Sequence record: OM362897.1
Source: Escherichia phage SKA64
Strand: one strand, 5' to 3'
DNA: 64,000 nt
Made by a program: the position numbers and the translations under genes. The notes under the pieces are model-generated. The model was not told the DNA's origin. It saw only the letters and a list, made by a program, of their open reading frames with translations, and did not search any database. Positions within the stretch are counted from its first letter, which is position 1, and every line of letters starts with the position of its first letter. This document shows positions 1-7,447 of this stretch, in pieces.

Positions 1-95
1 ACAAGGAGATCGCCACCTGGTTGATCTATAAGCTCAACATGCAAGCCGGATGATTCGGCGGTTTTAACGGCGGTTAATACTGTTGCAATACTCAT
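1..95 (-). CDS. hypothetical protein (N-terminal part; continues past window start)
   Basis: ATG at 93-95 (minus) preceded by AGGAAGGG RBS; frame open to window edge. Confidence 0.35.
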   Translation of the reverse strand, partial: MSIATVLTAVKTAESSGLHVELIDQPGGDLL

Positions 96-116
96 AATCT
101 TTTCCCTTCCTGATGT

Positions 117-132
117 GGGGCGTTGCCGCCCC
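117..132 (-). promoter_or_regulatory. PeSL-like 5' leader stem-loop
   Basis: GGGGCG-TTGC-CGCCCC hairpin between promoter-like hexamers and RBS of minus-strand gene; no U-tract. Confidence 0.5.
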
Positions 133-140
133 TTTGTTGA

Positions 141-440
141 TTAGATCGCTGTTTCCAGTAGTTCGGCTAACGTCTTACCGCCTGATAGTTGGTCTAACGT
201 TTGCTCTTCTGGCAAGAAATTAGCGGATATTAAACCGACCTGGTTCCCTTTGTGCCAGTTAGCCTGACGGGTGATTCCATCCTTCAAGGATTTTACCGCC
301 ATTGTGCAACCATCGCCAAATGATTCATTTTTATGGTCCATCACTTCATAAGCGCCCAGCTTGCTGCTGTTAGGCACCATTAACGCAAATACATCACCAA
401 CAACCAGTTTTTCTACGGTAACAATAGCGATAGTTTCCAT
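141..440 (-). CDS. hypothetical protein (99 aa)
   Basis: ORF track; GAGGAAA RBS before ATG; own promoter and leader hairpin upstream. Confidence 0.6.
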   Translation of the reverse strand: METIAIVTVEKLVVGDVFALMVPNSSKLGAYEVMDHKNESFGDGCTMAVKSLKDGITRQANWHKGNQVGLISANFLPEEQTLDQLSGGKTLAELLETAI

Positions 441-458
441 TTTGTTTTCCTCATTATC

Positions 459-476
459 GGCGGCACCATTGCCGCC
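459..476 (-). promoter_or_regulatory. PeSL-like 5' leader stem-loop
   Basis: GGCGGC-ACCATT-GCCGCC hairpin 20 nt upstream of ATG at 440. Confidence 0.55.
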
Positions 477-487
477 CTACGCATTAA

Positions 488-516
488 ATATAAATTATCT
501 AAGAGATTAGATCAAG
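488..516 (-). promoter_or_regulatory. sigma70-like promoter (minus strand)
   Basis: minus-strand TTGATC-N17-TATATT directly upstream of leader hairpin. Confidence 0.5.
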
Positions 517-518
517 GA

Positions 519-710
519 TTATTTTGTAAAGATTACAGCTTCATCAAAATTTTCAACATAGTAAGCAAGTTTTTCATTTGCTGCAACCAGTTGTAAAAGT
601 TGGTCGTAAGATAATCCATTGATCCCCTCTTCGTTGTTTAAAGCCTCGATGATTTCATCAACGGGCGCAAAAAACATGTTATTCGATTCCAGGTAGGTGA
701 TAGTTTTCAT
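519..710 (-). CDS. hypothetical protein (63 aa)
   Basis: ORF track; AAAGG RBS; own promoter-hairpin cassette. Confidence 0.55.
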   Translation of the reverse strand: MKTITYLESNNMFFAPVDEIIEALNNEEGINGLSYDQLLQLVAANEKLAYYVENFDEAVIFTK

Positions 711-732
711 AATGTTTTACCTTTTTCGGGGA

Positions 733-748
733 GCGGCACCATTGCCGC
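733..748 (-). promoter_or_regulatory. PeSL-like 5' leader stem-loop
   Basis: GCGGC-ACCATT-GCCGC hairpin upstream of ATG at 710. Confidence 0.55.
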
Positions 749-760
749 CCTACGTGGTAA

Positions 761-788
761 ATATTAGCACACTGGCGATCTGTGTCAA
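761..788 (-). promoter_or_regulatory. sigma70-like promoter (minus strand)
   Basis: minus-strand TTGACA-N16-TAATAT. Confidence 0.55.
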
Positions 789-794
789 TACTTT

Positions 795-1181
795 TTATTC
801 AATATAAATCAAATTATCTTCACCAATGTAAGCCGACACGTTCGGCATAAACTTAGCTGCATTGGTTAGGCGGTTCGCCGTGTTAGTGGTGTATATTTCA
901 GGGCGATCCCAAAAGCCTACGCCGTGACCGTTACGGGTAAAATGTAAATCATTCCCGATCTGGTTGGCTGTTGCGCCGTCGCTCATTGCCTCAGAGATAG
1001 CGGCAAGATTAGCATTAATAAAGGCTGTTACATCCTGGGCGATCCGTTCGTCCGCGCTAGGAGAAAAATCATAATCGTCTAAGTTATCAATAAAATTACC
1101 TTCATGATCCCTTGCTGATTCAGCAAAAATAAAGGCTTCTTTATAGCCGTTGATGATTTCAATAATGATTTCTGTTTTCAT
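795..1181 (-). CDS. hypothetical protein (128 aa)
   Basis: ORF track; AAAGAGAGA RBS-like sequence before ATG. Confidence 0.6.
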   Translation of the reverse strand: MKTEIIIEIINGYKEAFIFAESARDHEGNFIDNLDDYDFSPSADERIAQDVTAFINANLAAISEAMSDGATANQIGNDLHFTRNGHGVGFWDRPEIYTTNTANRLTNAAKFMPNVSAYIGEDNLIYIE

Positions 1182-1195
1182 GTTGTGTCTCTCTT

Positions 1196-1300
1196 TTAGC
1201 CGATACCGTGGGAAGATAGGATCATGTTAGCCATAGTTGCAACCACTCCAACCGATAACGCCAGGCCCACTACTACGACCGTGAAAATTTTCTCTAACAT
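1196..1300 (-). CDS. small hydrophobic peptide (34 aa, MLEKIFTVVVVGLALSVGVV...)
   Basis: hand-translated; GAGGG RBS 8 nt before ATG; below ORF-track size cutoff. Confidence 0.35.
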   Translation of the reverse strand: MLEKIFTVVVVGLALSVGVVATMANMILSSHGIG

Positions 1301-1318
1301 GATTCTACCCTCATTAAT

Positions 1319-1342
1319 GGGCGTTGCCTTATTGCCCCGCCC
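1319..1342 (-). promoter_or_regulatory. PeSL-like 5' leader stem-loop (variant)
   Basis: GGGCG...CGCCC inverted repeat preceded on minus strand by TTGACA-N16-TAGAAT. Confidence 0.4.
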
Positions 1343-1381
1343 TACGAAATACATTCTACCCGATTTATAATTGTTGTCAAA

Positions 1382-1651
1382 TTATTTTTTCAAGCTTGAC
1401 CACTCAAAACACGGGGCGATCTCGTTAAAACTTGTGCCCTGTAAAGCACATAATTTTTTAGCAATAGCCGCCGTGACCTGGCGCTGTACGCGCGGATCTG
1501 CTACTGATTGGAGAAAGTAGGCGGCTTTATATGTGATCATGCTTTCACCTGTTTCCTTGTTAACATGATGCACTATTTTAGCCTTATCATCTTTTACCAG
1601 GATGTAACCGGATTCGATGGCCTTGATTGCAACGTCTAATGATATTTTCAT
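1382..1651 (-). CDS. hypothetical protein (89 aa)
   Basis: ORF track; AAGAGG RBS. Confidence 0.6.
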   Translation of the reverse strand: MKISLDVAIKAIESGYILVKDDKAKIVHHVNKETGESMITYKAAYFLQSVADPRVQRQVTAAIAKKLCALQGTSFNEIAPCFEWSSLKK

Positions 1652-1670
1652 GATTTACCTCTTTATTGAC

Positions 1671-1691
1671 GGCGGGGAATACTCCCCCGCC
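1671..1691 (-). promoter_or_regulatory. PeSL-like 5' leader stem-loop
   Basis: GGCGGGG-AATACT-CCCCGCC hairpin upstream of ATG at 1651. Confidence 0.5.
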
Positions 1692-1698
1692 TCATTAA

Positions 1699-1869
1699 TT
1701 ATTCTTCATCGTCGCCGTTATAGTATTCAATGCCATTTTCATCGGTTACGGTGATGTTAACGCCACCGATAGCAACACGATCACGGGCAAACGTCATAGC
1801 TTCATTTAAATCTTCAGACCAAAAAATATTGTGACCTTTGCGCGATACATAAAACATAGTCGGGATCAT
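1699..1869 (-). CDS. hypothetical protein (56 aa)
   Basis: track ORF 1699..1953 trimmed to internal ATG (1867-1869) because the 5' extension translates the leader hairpin; AGAAGAGAAA RBS-like. Confidence 0.5.
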   Translation of the reverse strand: MIPTMFYVSRKGHNIFWSEDLNEAMTFARDRVAIGGVNITVTDENGIEYYNGDDEE

Positions 1870-1890
1870 GATTTGTTTCTCTTCTGTTGT

Positions 1891-1914
1891 GAGCGGTGGA
1901 CCATTCCGCCGCTC
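1891..1914 (-). promoter_or_regulatory. PeSL-like 5' leader stem-loop
   Basis: GAGCGGTGG-ACCATT-CCGCCGCTC hairpin. Confidence 0.5.
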
Positions 1915-1954
1915 TATGTAATAAACTTTACTACGTTGTTTGCCTACTGTCAAA

Positions 1955-2239
1955 TTATTTTTTAATGTTTTGCCCTACAAAATTGATCACTTCCTTAAGC
2001 TGTCTCTCTGTCATGATCGTACCTGGTAACTCTTCTTTAATTTCTTCTGGTAAATAGATATTACCGCGCCAGGTTAACAAACAACCGTTTTGATCTTCGC
2101 AGATAGAATAAGAAAACATCCACTCGCAATCATTCTCAAGCTCCCAAAAACACAAAAAGTCTTCTTTCCCTAAGTTTTCAACGGTTAAGCATAATCCGCG
2201 ACGTGCTGCATAATTAGTTAGGCTTTTTGTAATTTTCAT
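1955..2239 (-). CDS. hypothetical protein (94 aa)
   Basis: track ORF trimmed to ATG at 2237-2239 (upstream extension translates hairpin). Confidence 0.5.
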   Translation of the reverse strand: MKITKSLTNYAARRGLCLTVENLGKEDFLCFWELENDCEWMFSYSICEDQNGCLLTWRGNIYLPEEIKEELPGTIMTERQLKEVINFVGQNIKK

Positions 2240-2260
2240 GATTTTTCTCTCTTCTTGTGA

Positions 2261-2276
2261 GCGGCACCATTGCCGC
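2261..2276 (-). promoter_or_regulatory. PeSL-like 5' leader stem-loop
   Basis: GCGGC-ACCATT-GCCGC hairpin. Confidence 0.55.
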
Positions 2277-2288
2277 CCTACAAGATAC

Positions 2289-2316
2289 ATATTATCAGAC
2301 TACGCGGACTTGTCAA
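2289..2316 (-). promoter_or_regulatory. sigma70-like promoter (minus strand)
   Basis: minus-strand TTGACA-N16-TAATAT. Confidence 0.55.
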
Positions 2317-2317
2317 A

Positions 2318-2428
2318 CTATTTTTTCTTTTTCTTTGCTTCCAACCGTCTAAGGTTACGGCTTGACTTATTGCGCAAGGCGCTTAGATCGTCGTACCCTT
2401 TCCATGCTTGCATATCTTTCGGATTCAT
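2318..2428 (-). CDS. small lysine-rich basic peptide (36 aa, ends KKKKK)
   Basis: AAGGGGG RBS 5 nt before ATG; C-terminal part of track ORF 2318..2590. Confidence 0.35.
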   Translation of the reverse strand: MNPKDMQAWKGYDDLSALRNKSSRNLRRLEAKKKKK

Positions 2429-2438
2429 GTTATCCCCC

Positions 2439-2717
2439 TTAACGATTATAAACATTATGGATGGCTTCAAAGGCAAGATGACCATAAGCCGCCAAATCGG
2501 GATTGATCCAAGCGTTATCCAACATCGTTTCAAGGACTGTGGAATCATCGTATAAAGCATCATAGAAATCTGCACGGATGATCGTTTCAATGTCGTCCGG
2601 TGTTAGTTTGTCGTTCAACTTGCACACTGTTTCAACGTCAACACCAATTTTCCAATTTTGTAAATTAGTGGTTAACATTGTTTTCATTTCTTCGGTTGTT
2701 AATTTAACGATGGTCAT
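2439..2717 (-). CDS. hypothetical protein (92 aa)
   Basis: ORF track; AAGAGAGAAA RBS-like; own promoter-hairpin cassette. Confidence 0.6.
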   Translation of the reverse strand: MTIVKLTTEEMKTMLTTNLQNWKIGVDVETVCKLNDKLTPDDIETIIRADFYDALYDDSTVLETMLDNAWINPDLAAYGHLAFEAIHNVYNR

Positions 2718-2738
2718 GATTTTTTCTCTCTTCTGTTA

Positions 2739-2760
2739 GGCGGGGCGCTTGTCGCCCCTA
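2739..2760 (-). promoter_or_regulatory. PeSL-like 5' leader stem-loop
   Basis: GGGGCG-CTTGT-CGCCCC hairpin. Confidence 0.55.
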
Positions 2761-2768
2761 TGTGATAC

Positions 2769-2796
2769 ATCTTATCAGGTTGATTCAGCTTGTCAA
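2769..2796 (-). promoter_or_regulatory. sigma70-like promoter (minus strand)
   Basis: minus-strand TTGACA-N16-TAAGAT. Confidence 0.55.
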
Positions 2797-2797
2797 A

Positions 2798-2959
2798 CTA
2801 TTTGTTAGCCGGATTATATGCCAGGACCGCGCCGCTTGCTTTCACACTTTCCGCTTCATAGTTGCGCAGATCGTTTTCTGTAAGATTGAGCGCGATCACT
2901 TCCTCGACTTCAACGCCAGCGACAAGGGCGATCTCTTTGATAATGTCTGTTATTTTCAT
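2798..2959 (-). CDS. hypothetical protein (53 aa)
   Basis: track ORF trimmed to ATG at 2957-2959 with AAGGTG RBS. Confidence 0.5.
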   Translation of the reverse strand: MKITDIIKEIALVAGVEVEEVIALNLTENDLRNYEAESVKASGAVLAYNPANK

Positions 2960-2969
2960 GGTGTGCACC

Positions 2970-3089
2970 TTATAAGATGATTGATAAGATAGTGACAACG
3001 AAAGCGATTATACTGATGGCAAATGTCATCTTTTTACCTTCGGATACTGCCGGATTCTCTACCGTGTATTCTACTGTGTACTTGCTCAT
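2970..3089 (-). CDS. small membrane peptide (39 aa, ...FAISIIAFVVTILSIIL)
   Basis: hand-translated; GAGAGGA RBS; stop overlaps RBS of next gene; paralogous to 7448..7552. Confidence 0.45.
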   Translation of the reverse strand: MSKYTVEYTVENPAVSEGKKMTFAISIIAFVVTILSIIL

Positions 3090-3112
3090 CGTGTAATCCT
3101 CTCGTTTGCTTT

Positions 3113-3125
3113 GGGAACTATTCCC
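3113..3125 (-). promoter_or_regulatory. PeSL-like 5' leader stem-loop
   Basis: GGGAA-CTA-TTCCC hairpin; minus-strand TTGCAA-N16-TATATT upstream. Confidence 0.45.
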
Positions 3126-3186
3126 GCCGCCCTATGAATTAAATATACACTATCTCAAAATGATTGCAAGCCTTTTTCTAAATTAT

Positions 3187-3471
3187 TTATGCAGTAAACA
3201 AACCATCATTTACAACGGCGGCGATGATCTCCCGTGCCATTGATTCAGGGAAAGGGGCGCTATAGTCCTGGCTTGTCTCATCGGTATCAGTGATCCAATG
3301 ATAAGCTAACGAGTAAAAGCCTTTACTAACTGTTTTCAGTGAGATGATGATCACTCGGTCAAGCTTATTGGTGAATGTTGCCGTTAATGTGTTACCATCC
3401 TGCGTCATGTTGGACAAGTAAGCGGGATCATTAATCAGGGAAAACATTAGCACGGTGTTAGCTTTACTCAT
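3187..3471 (-). CDS. hypothetical protein (94 aa)
   Basis: track ORF 3187..3501 trimmed to ATG at 3469-3471 (GAGGA RBS); extension overlaps hairpin. Confidence 0.5.
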   Translation of the reverse strand: MSKANTVLMFSLINDPAYLSNMTQDGNTLTATFTNKLDRVIIISLKTVSKGFYSLAYHWITDTDETSQDYSAPFPESMAREIIAAVVNDGLFTA

Positions 3472-3490
3472 GATTGCATCCTCAAAGGGG

Positions 3491-3508
3491 CGCGGCACCA
3501 TTGCCGCC
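3491..3508 (-). promoter_or_regulatory. PeSL-like 5' leader stem-loop
   Basis: GCGGC-ACCATT-GCCGC hairpin. Confidence 0.55.
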
Positions 3509-3518
3509 CTACACGATA

Positions 3519-3546
3519 ACTATAACACAATATAAAACAGGATCAA
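3519..3546 (-). promoter_or_regulatory. sigma70-like promoter (minus strand)
   Basis: minus-strand TTGATC-N16-TATAGT. Confidence 0.5.
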
Positions 3547-3749
3547 CCTTTATTTTTCCACGGTGTCAGCTTGTTAATCATTGGTGATAAATAGCGTTTA
3601 CCAACGTAAAACAGCACGCCAACTGATGCAACGGCGGCGATCTCATGCATAGCCGACGGGAAACGGGTATCATAATAAGATCCAATAATAGCAATAGCGG
3701 CAACGGCTGCAACGTCGATAATGATTTTTTCTTGTTTTGCGGTGATCAT
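3543..3749 (-). CDS. small membrane protein (68 aa)
   Basis: track ORF trimmed to ATG at 3747-3749; hydrophobic stretches AAVAAIAIIG and AAVASVGVLFYVG. Confidence 0.5.
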   Translation of the reverse strand: MITAKQEKIIIDVAAVAAIAIIGSYYDTRFPSAMHEIAAVASVGVLFYVGKRYLSPMINKLTPWKNKG

Positions 3750-3771
3750 AATATTTACCTTTTTGTATGGT

Positions 3772-3788
3772 GGGGGAACTATTCCCCG
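3772..3788 (-). promoter_or_regulatory. PeSL-like 5' leader stem-loop
   Basis: GGGGAA-CTA-TTCCCC hairpin. Confidence 0.5.
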
Positions 3789-3835
3789 CCTGATGTAATA
3801 CAGTTTAACAGGTCCGGTTATGGTGTCAACCACTT

Positions 3836-4021
3836 TTAAAGATATTTTATACTGATAACGTTTTCCGGTTTAACCTTGTTGTGATGTGCATCAACATAGA
3901 TCAAACCATCGTCAGAAAAGCCCAGGATCACGCCCTGCGCGATAAAACCGTATTCGTCACGGTAACGCACGGCTATTTTTAATGTTGCGTTGTAGGCTGT
4001 TTTAAGCTCGTTTAAAGTCAT
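3836..4021 (-). CDS. hypothetical protein (61 aa)
   Basis: ORF track; GAGGA RBS. Confidence 0.55.
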   Translation of the reverse strand: MTLNELKTAYNATLKIAVRYRDEYGFIAQGVILGFSDDGLIYVDAHHNKVKPENVISIKYL

Positions 4022-4040
4022 TTTTGTTTATCCTCTACAT

Positions 4041-4069
4041 GTAAAAAGAAAGGGCGCTTGGTGCGCCCT
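4041..4069 (-). terminator. rho-independent terminator candidate (minus strand)
   Basis: AGGGCGC-TTGGT-GCGCCCT hairpin followed on minus strand by TTCTTTTTAC. Confidence 0.45.
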
Positions 4070-4076
4070 TGTTATG

Positions 4077-4223
4077 TTAATTCTCTAAATCCATCCAATT
4101 ATATTTGTCACTCTTCCCGCGCTTTGTTTTATTGCGCTTGTCGCCTTTGCGGATCACTTCCTCATTCCAGGCCTTGCGGATCTTGGAAGATTGAATTTTT
4201 TCTGCACGATTAGATGTATTCAT
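4077..4223 (-). CDS. small basic protein (48 aa, Lys/Arg-rich)
   Basis: hand-translated; AAAGAGGAAA RBS; followed by terminator-like hairpin. Confidence 0.4.
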   Translation of the reverse strand: MNTSNRAEKIQSSKIRKAWNEEVIRKGDKRNKTKRGKSDKYNWMDLEN

Positions 4224-4242
4224 TTTGTTTCCTCTTTATATG

Positions 4243-4260
4243 AGCGGCACCATTGCCGCT
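4243..4260 (-). promoter_or_regulatory. PeSL-like 5' leader stem-loop
   Basis: AGCGGC-ACCATT-GCCGCT hairpin; minus-strand TTGACA upstream at 4291-4296. Confidence 0.5.
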
Positions 4261-4302
4261 ATATTATTAATTTAAACTGTTTTGTAAAATTGTCAAGGTT
4301 TA

Positions 4303-4656
4303 TCATTCATAAGAGCAAGCAAGGATCACGCCTGCAATATAAAGCCAATAATTTTCCCTTTCTCGTTGGATTTTATCATCGCTGCTATTCTCTTTAATGT
4401 ATCCCCAGGATGTTAACAAGCGATCAATTTCCCAATATTCGAAAGCGATATTAATATCTGATGGCAAACCTTGTAACCATGATGCTATTGCTCTGATAAT
4501 GTTATGATCGTAACGTTTTTGGTTATCGGTATACCAATACTCGGATTTAAAACAGCGCATCAATTCCGCGATCTTCTCTTTATCTTCTGTGATGCCATAC
4601 TTGCTATAATCAATTGAGGCCAGAATATAAAGTTTAATTGCATTTTGTGCTTTCAT
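4303..4656 (-). CDS. hypothetical protein (117 aa)
   Basis: ORF track; AGAAGAGAGA RBS-like. Confidence 0.6.
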   Translation of the reverse strand: MKAQNAIKLYILASIDYSKYGITEDKEKIAELMRCFKSEYWYTDNQKRYDHNIIRAIASWLQGLPSDINIAFEYWEIDRLLTSWGYIKENSSDDKIQRERENYWLYIAGVILACSYE

Positions 4657-4677
4657 GGTGTCTCTCTTCTGTTGTTG

Positions 4678-4694
4678 GCGGCACCATTGCCGCC
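4678..4694 (-). promoter_or_regulatory. PeSL-like 5' leader stem-loop
   Basis: GGCGGC-ACCATT-GCCGCC hairpin. Confidence 0.55.
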
Positions 4695-4733
4695 CTACTT
4701 GTTACATCTTACTGGATTTTTAAAACTTGTCAA

Positions 4734-4955
4734 TCATTTTTCTACTATCATTTGATACCCTGTTTCAACGTTAGAAAACACTGTTATCCCGTCCTGGCGT
4801 TCACTCATTAACATACAAGGCGCTAACATCCTTTCTACTGCCTTGCACTCGTTGTAAACGGCGGTTATATCTCCTGCTGCCTTGTCTTCTGTAGTAAATG
4901 TCTCATTTACGTAAACTTGACCAGCGACAACGGCGACAATAGCGAAAGTGATCAT
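4734..4955 (-). CDS. hypothetical protein (73 aa, N-terminus MITFA)
   Basis: ORF track; AAGGAAA RBS; first 18 nt identical to start of 5029..5196. Confidence 0.55.
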   Translation of the reverse strand: MITFAIVAVVAGQVYVNETFTTEDKAAGDITAVYNECKAVERMLAPCMLMSERQDGITVFSNVETGYQMIVEK

Positions 4956-4989
4956 GATGTTTCCTTGTTAGTAGTGGTTTCTCTTCTCT

Positions 4990-5012
4990 ATAGCGCCCAT
5001 TATAGGCGCTAT
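4990..5012 (-). promoter_or_regulatory. leader stem-loop (variant)
   Basis: AGCGCC-CATTAT-AGGCGCT hairpin upstream of 4955. Confidence 0.4.
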
Positions 5013-5028
5013 AACGAAAAGTCAACTA

Positions 5029-5196
5029 TTATTTTTTAAGGCTTAAAGTGCCTAGCTTATCAGCGTGACGCAGACCAGGGAAGATCCATTTTCCTGATTC
5101 ATCTTTCACCGGGGCTTTAAAAGTAGCGCCCAGGTTGGCGGCGTTAACTTTACGTGCAACGTTGCGAGCGGCTTCACGGGTAGCGAAAGTGATCAT
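5029..5196 (-). CDS. hypothetical protein (55 aa, N-terminus MITFATREAA)
   Basis: hand-translated; GAGGAAAA RBS; below ORF-track cutoff. Confidence 0.45.
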   Translation of the reverse strand: MITFATREAARNVARKVNAANLGATFKAPVKDESGKWIFPGLRHADKLGTLSLKK

Positions 5197-5220
5197 GATA
5201 TTTTCCTCTTCTCTTTGTTA

Positions 5221-5242
5221 GGCGGTGGACCATTCCGCCGCC
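5221..5242 (-). promoter_or_regulatory. PeSL-like 5' leader stem-loop
   Basis: GGCGGTGG-ACCATT-CCGCCGCC hairpin. Confidence 0.5.
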
Positions 5243-5288
5243 TTGATGTAATACAGTTTACTTTATTTTTGCAGTATTGCAAGCGGTT

Positions 5289-5504
5289 TTATGAAATAAA
5301 TGTCAAAGTAAAATCATAATCTTTTGACAGTTTATATTGCACCTTGTTACCGTATATGTCACCTTTACGTAAAGATCCACGGATACCGATAACATCCTTC
5401 ACGTCTTTTAAATTTTTCACGCCTGTAATGTCTTTGTTGAAATACTCGTCATCTGAAAATAAAACTTGCTTTGCATTTTTTAACAAGGTGCGGATATTAG
5501 CCAT
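5289..5504 (-). CDS. hypothetical protein (71 aa)
   Basis: track ORF trimmed to ATG at 5502-5504. Confidence 0.5.
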   Translation of the reverse strand: MANIRTLLKNAKQVLFSDDEYFNKDITGVKNLKDVKDVIGIRGSLRKGDIYGNKVQYKLSKDYDFTLTFIS

Positions 5505-5525
5505 TTTGATAATCTCTCTTACTAG

Positions 5526-5545
5526 GGGCGGCAATAGTGCCGCCC
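5526..5545 (-). promoter_or_regulatory. PeSL-like 5' leader stem-loop
   Basis: GGGCGGC-AATAGT-GCCGCCC hairpin. Confidence 0.5.
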
Positions 5546-5591
5546 TATGAATTACATTTTACTAATTTTAGTTGTCTTGTCAATATTATTT

Positions 5592-5819
5592 TTAGTTTAA
5601 TTGATCCAGGCATAACAGACGATCAACGTTGAGATCGGTCAGGCTAATCGTTGGCACCTGGTAGGATTCGATGTACTCAACGCTCGACCATTGCCCAAAG
5701 TTAGCGACCGCCCAGCTATTCAATGAGGAGTGAAGATCATCCCCTTTCTTCTCGGTGATAACTGCTACTACCTGGGAGATTCCAACCGTGCCGGATACGC
5801 GAACAATAACGATAGCCAT
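5592..5819 (-). CDS. hypothetical protein (75 aa)
   Basis: ORF track; AAAGG RBS. Confidence 0.55.
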   Translation of the reverse strand: MAIVIVRVSGTVGISQVVAVITEKKGDDLHSSLNSWAVANFGQWSSVEYIESYQVPTISLTDLNVDRLLCLDQLN

Positions 5820-5841
5820 AATGATAACCTTTCTTTGATTT

Positions 5842-5862
5842 GGCGGGAAACCATTTCCCGCC
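5842..5862 (-). promoter_or_regulatory. PeSL-like 5' leader stem-loop
   Basis: GGCGGGAAA-CCA-TTTCCCGCC hairpin. Confidence 0.5.
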
Positions 5863-5910
5863 CTATGCGATAAACTACACCAGATTAAAAAACGTTGTCA
5901 ACTGCTTTTA

Positions 5911-6150
5911 TTACATTCCTACCATAGCGGCACGGATTGCAGTTTTACTATACTTGAAACCATCAGGTGTATGAGTGATTCCATCCTGTTTTAATCTGTA
6001 GCACATCAGATCCGCCGCTTTATCTTTATTGCCGCACTCATTTATTAAACCTACAGCGTATAAGTATAACGATTCATCATTATTAATCCAAAGGCTTACA
6101 TTCCAATGAGTTTTATTTTTGTGACCGTTGTACATTTTAGATTTAGCCAT
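5911..6150 (-). CDS. hypothetical protein (79 aa)
   Basis: ORF track. Confidence 0.55.
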   Translation of the reverse strand: MAKSKMYNGHKNKTHWNVSLWINNDESLYLYAVGLINECGNKDKAADLMCYRLKQDGITHTPDGFKYSKTAIRAAMVGM

Positions 6151-6171
6151 GATGTTAATCTCTTTTTCAGT

Positions 6172-6193
6172 GAGGCGGGAACTATTCCCGCTC
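6172..6193 (-). promoter_or_regulatory. PeSL-like 5' leader stem-loop
   Basis: GCGGGAA-CTA-TTCCCGC hairpin. Confidence 0.5.
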
Positions 6194-6238
6194 TCGATAT
6201 AAGTATTATATGCTTTTTATTCGTGCTGTCAATGCTTT

Positions 6239-6604
6239 TTATAAATCTTTTTTACGTTTTACATCGCTTGCATGACTGTATACAGCGATCCCATTATCAC
6301 GGCAAAAGCGGGAAAGGTAGGCATAATTTGAAAACTCTTTACCTTCCAGGTTGATAACCTTGCTAAACTCTTCTAGGGCGACGGTATCAAAATGATCACC
6401 ATAGCCATATTGAAACGGAACGTTAACCACCTCGATCAGTTTACCGCCGATCTCAACGTCAACCATTAAAGAAAAATATGTATTACCGTAGGACCGTTGA
6501 AACCAGCGACGGGCGCTAATATGCACCGCCTCAATGCTGGATAATTCAATTTTAGCCGTGTTAGCCAGGGTAGCATAAGCGGAAACATTAATATTAATAG
6601 CCAT
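6239..6604 (-). CDS. hypothetical protein (121 aa)
   Basis: track ORF; start moved to ATG at 6602-6604 which has AAAGG RBS. Confidence 0.5.
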   Translation of the reverse strand: MAININVSAYATLANTAKIELSSIEAVHISARRWFQRSYGNTYFSLMVDVEIGGKLIEVVNVPFQYGYGDHFDTVALEEFSKVINLEGKEFSNYAYLSRFCRDNGIAVYSHASDVKRKKDL

Positions 6605-6626
6605 GATGATAACCTTTTTCATTGTT

Positions 6627-6647
6627 GGCGGGAAACCACTTCCCGCC
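6627..6647 (-). promoter_or_regulatory. PeSL-like 5' leader stem-loop
   Basis: GGCGGGAA-ACCAC-TTCCCGCC hairpin. Confidence 0.5.
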
Positions 6648-6692
6648 CTATGTGGTAAACTATACTAGAATTTTAAACAATGTCAACCGTTT

Positions 6693-7055
6693 TTATTCGT
6701 AAATTTTACCGCTTTCAGCCCATACCATAACGCGGCGCATACTATCCCAAGTGTTTTGATCCAGGTTTAAGCCGTGCAACTCTTCGGTACTTTCCAGACC
6801 AGGTACCGCCTTGTTGTAAGTCGCATATAAGCGCCCTTGATACTCATACGCCAGAGTAAGATCCGTTTGAATCATCTTTTTAAGCATAGCATTAAGCATC
6901 ATATTAGCGGCATGTTGATCACGTTTTAGCGGTAACATATCAATAAAGGCGCGATAAGCTGAAACATGAATATCAACCGTTTCACGTGGTAAATTTTTCA
7001 TGTCATCGCGGAAAGATACCAGATTAAACATGATAGTATTGATTTGCTTGCTCAT
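6693..7055 (-). CDS. hypothetical protein (120 aa)
   Basis: track ORF trimmed to ATG at 7053-7055 with AAAGGG RBS. Confidence 0.5.
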   Translation of the reverse strand: MSKQINTIMFNLVSFRDDMKNLPRETVDIHVSAYRAFIDMLPLKRDQHAANMMLNAMLKKMIQTDLTLAYEYQGRLYATYNKAVPGLESTEELHGLNLDQNTWDSMRRVMVWAESGKIYE

Positions 7056-7076
7056 TGTGTTACCCTTTTTTGTTTT

Positions 7077-7098
7077 GGCGGGGAAGTATTCCACCGCC
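7077..7098 (-). promoter_or_regulatory. PeSL-like 5' leader stem-loop
   Basis: GGCGGGGAA-GTA-TTCCACCGCC hairpin. Confidence 0.5.
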
Positions 7099-7155
7099 CT
7101 ATGTGTTACATCTTATCAGATTAAAAAACGTTGTCAAGAATATTTTTAGATAATT

Positions 7156-7437
7156 TTAACTGTATGATCCACATCGTTCGCAGTAGTGATCATCGTCGTC
7201 ATCAGCTACCTGGCTGATAAAGTGATCTACTTTTGCTTTTAGGTTATTATAATTATTTTCTACTTCCTTTAATCGCTCCTGATAGTATCCCAGGGCTTCA
7301 ATATACGCCGCCTCTTCTGTTTTTTCACGCATGGCTAAATTCATGCCGCGCGTATCATCATACAGCCAAAAACCATCGGTGCACTCACTCATTGAAAGGG
7401 TAGGGCTTAACTCTTTATGATTAATTACCTTGCTCAT
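7156..7437 (-). CDS. hypothetical protein (93 aa, C-terminal CERCGSYS)
   Basis: track ORF trimmed to ATG at 7435-7437 with AAGG RBS. Confidence 0.5.
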   Translation of the reverse strand: MSKVINHKELSPTLSMSECTDGFWLYDDTRGMNLAMREKTEEAAYIEALGYYQERLKEVENNYNNLKAKVDHFISQVADDDDDHYCERCGSYS

Positions 7438-7447
7438 AGTGTGCGCC

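Noticed and set aside
2318-2590. 90-aa track ORF overlapping 2439..2717
   Set aside because: Frame conflicts with the better-supported 2439..2717; only its C-terminal 36-aa part has an RBS (kept as a low-confidence small ORF).
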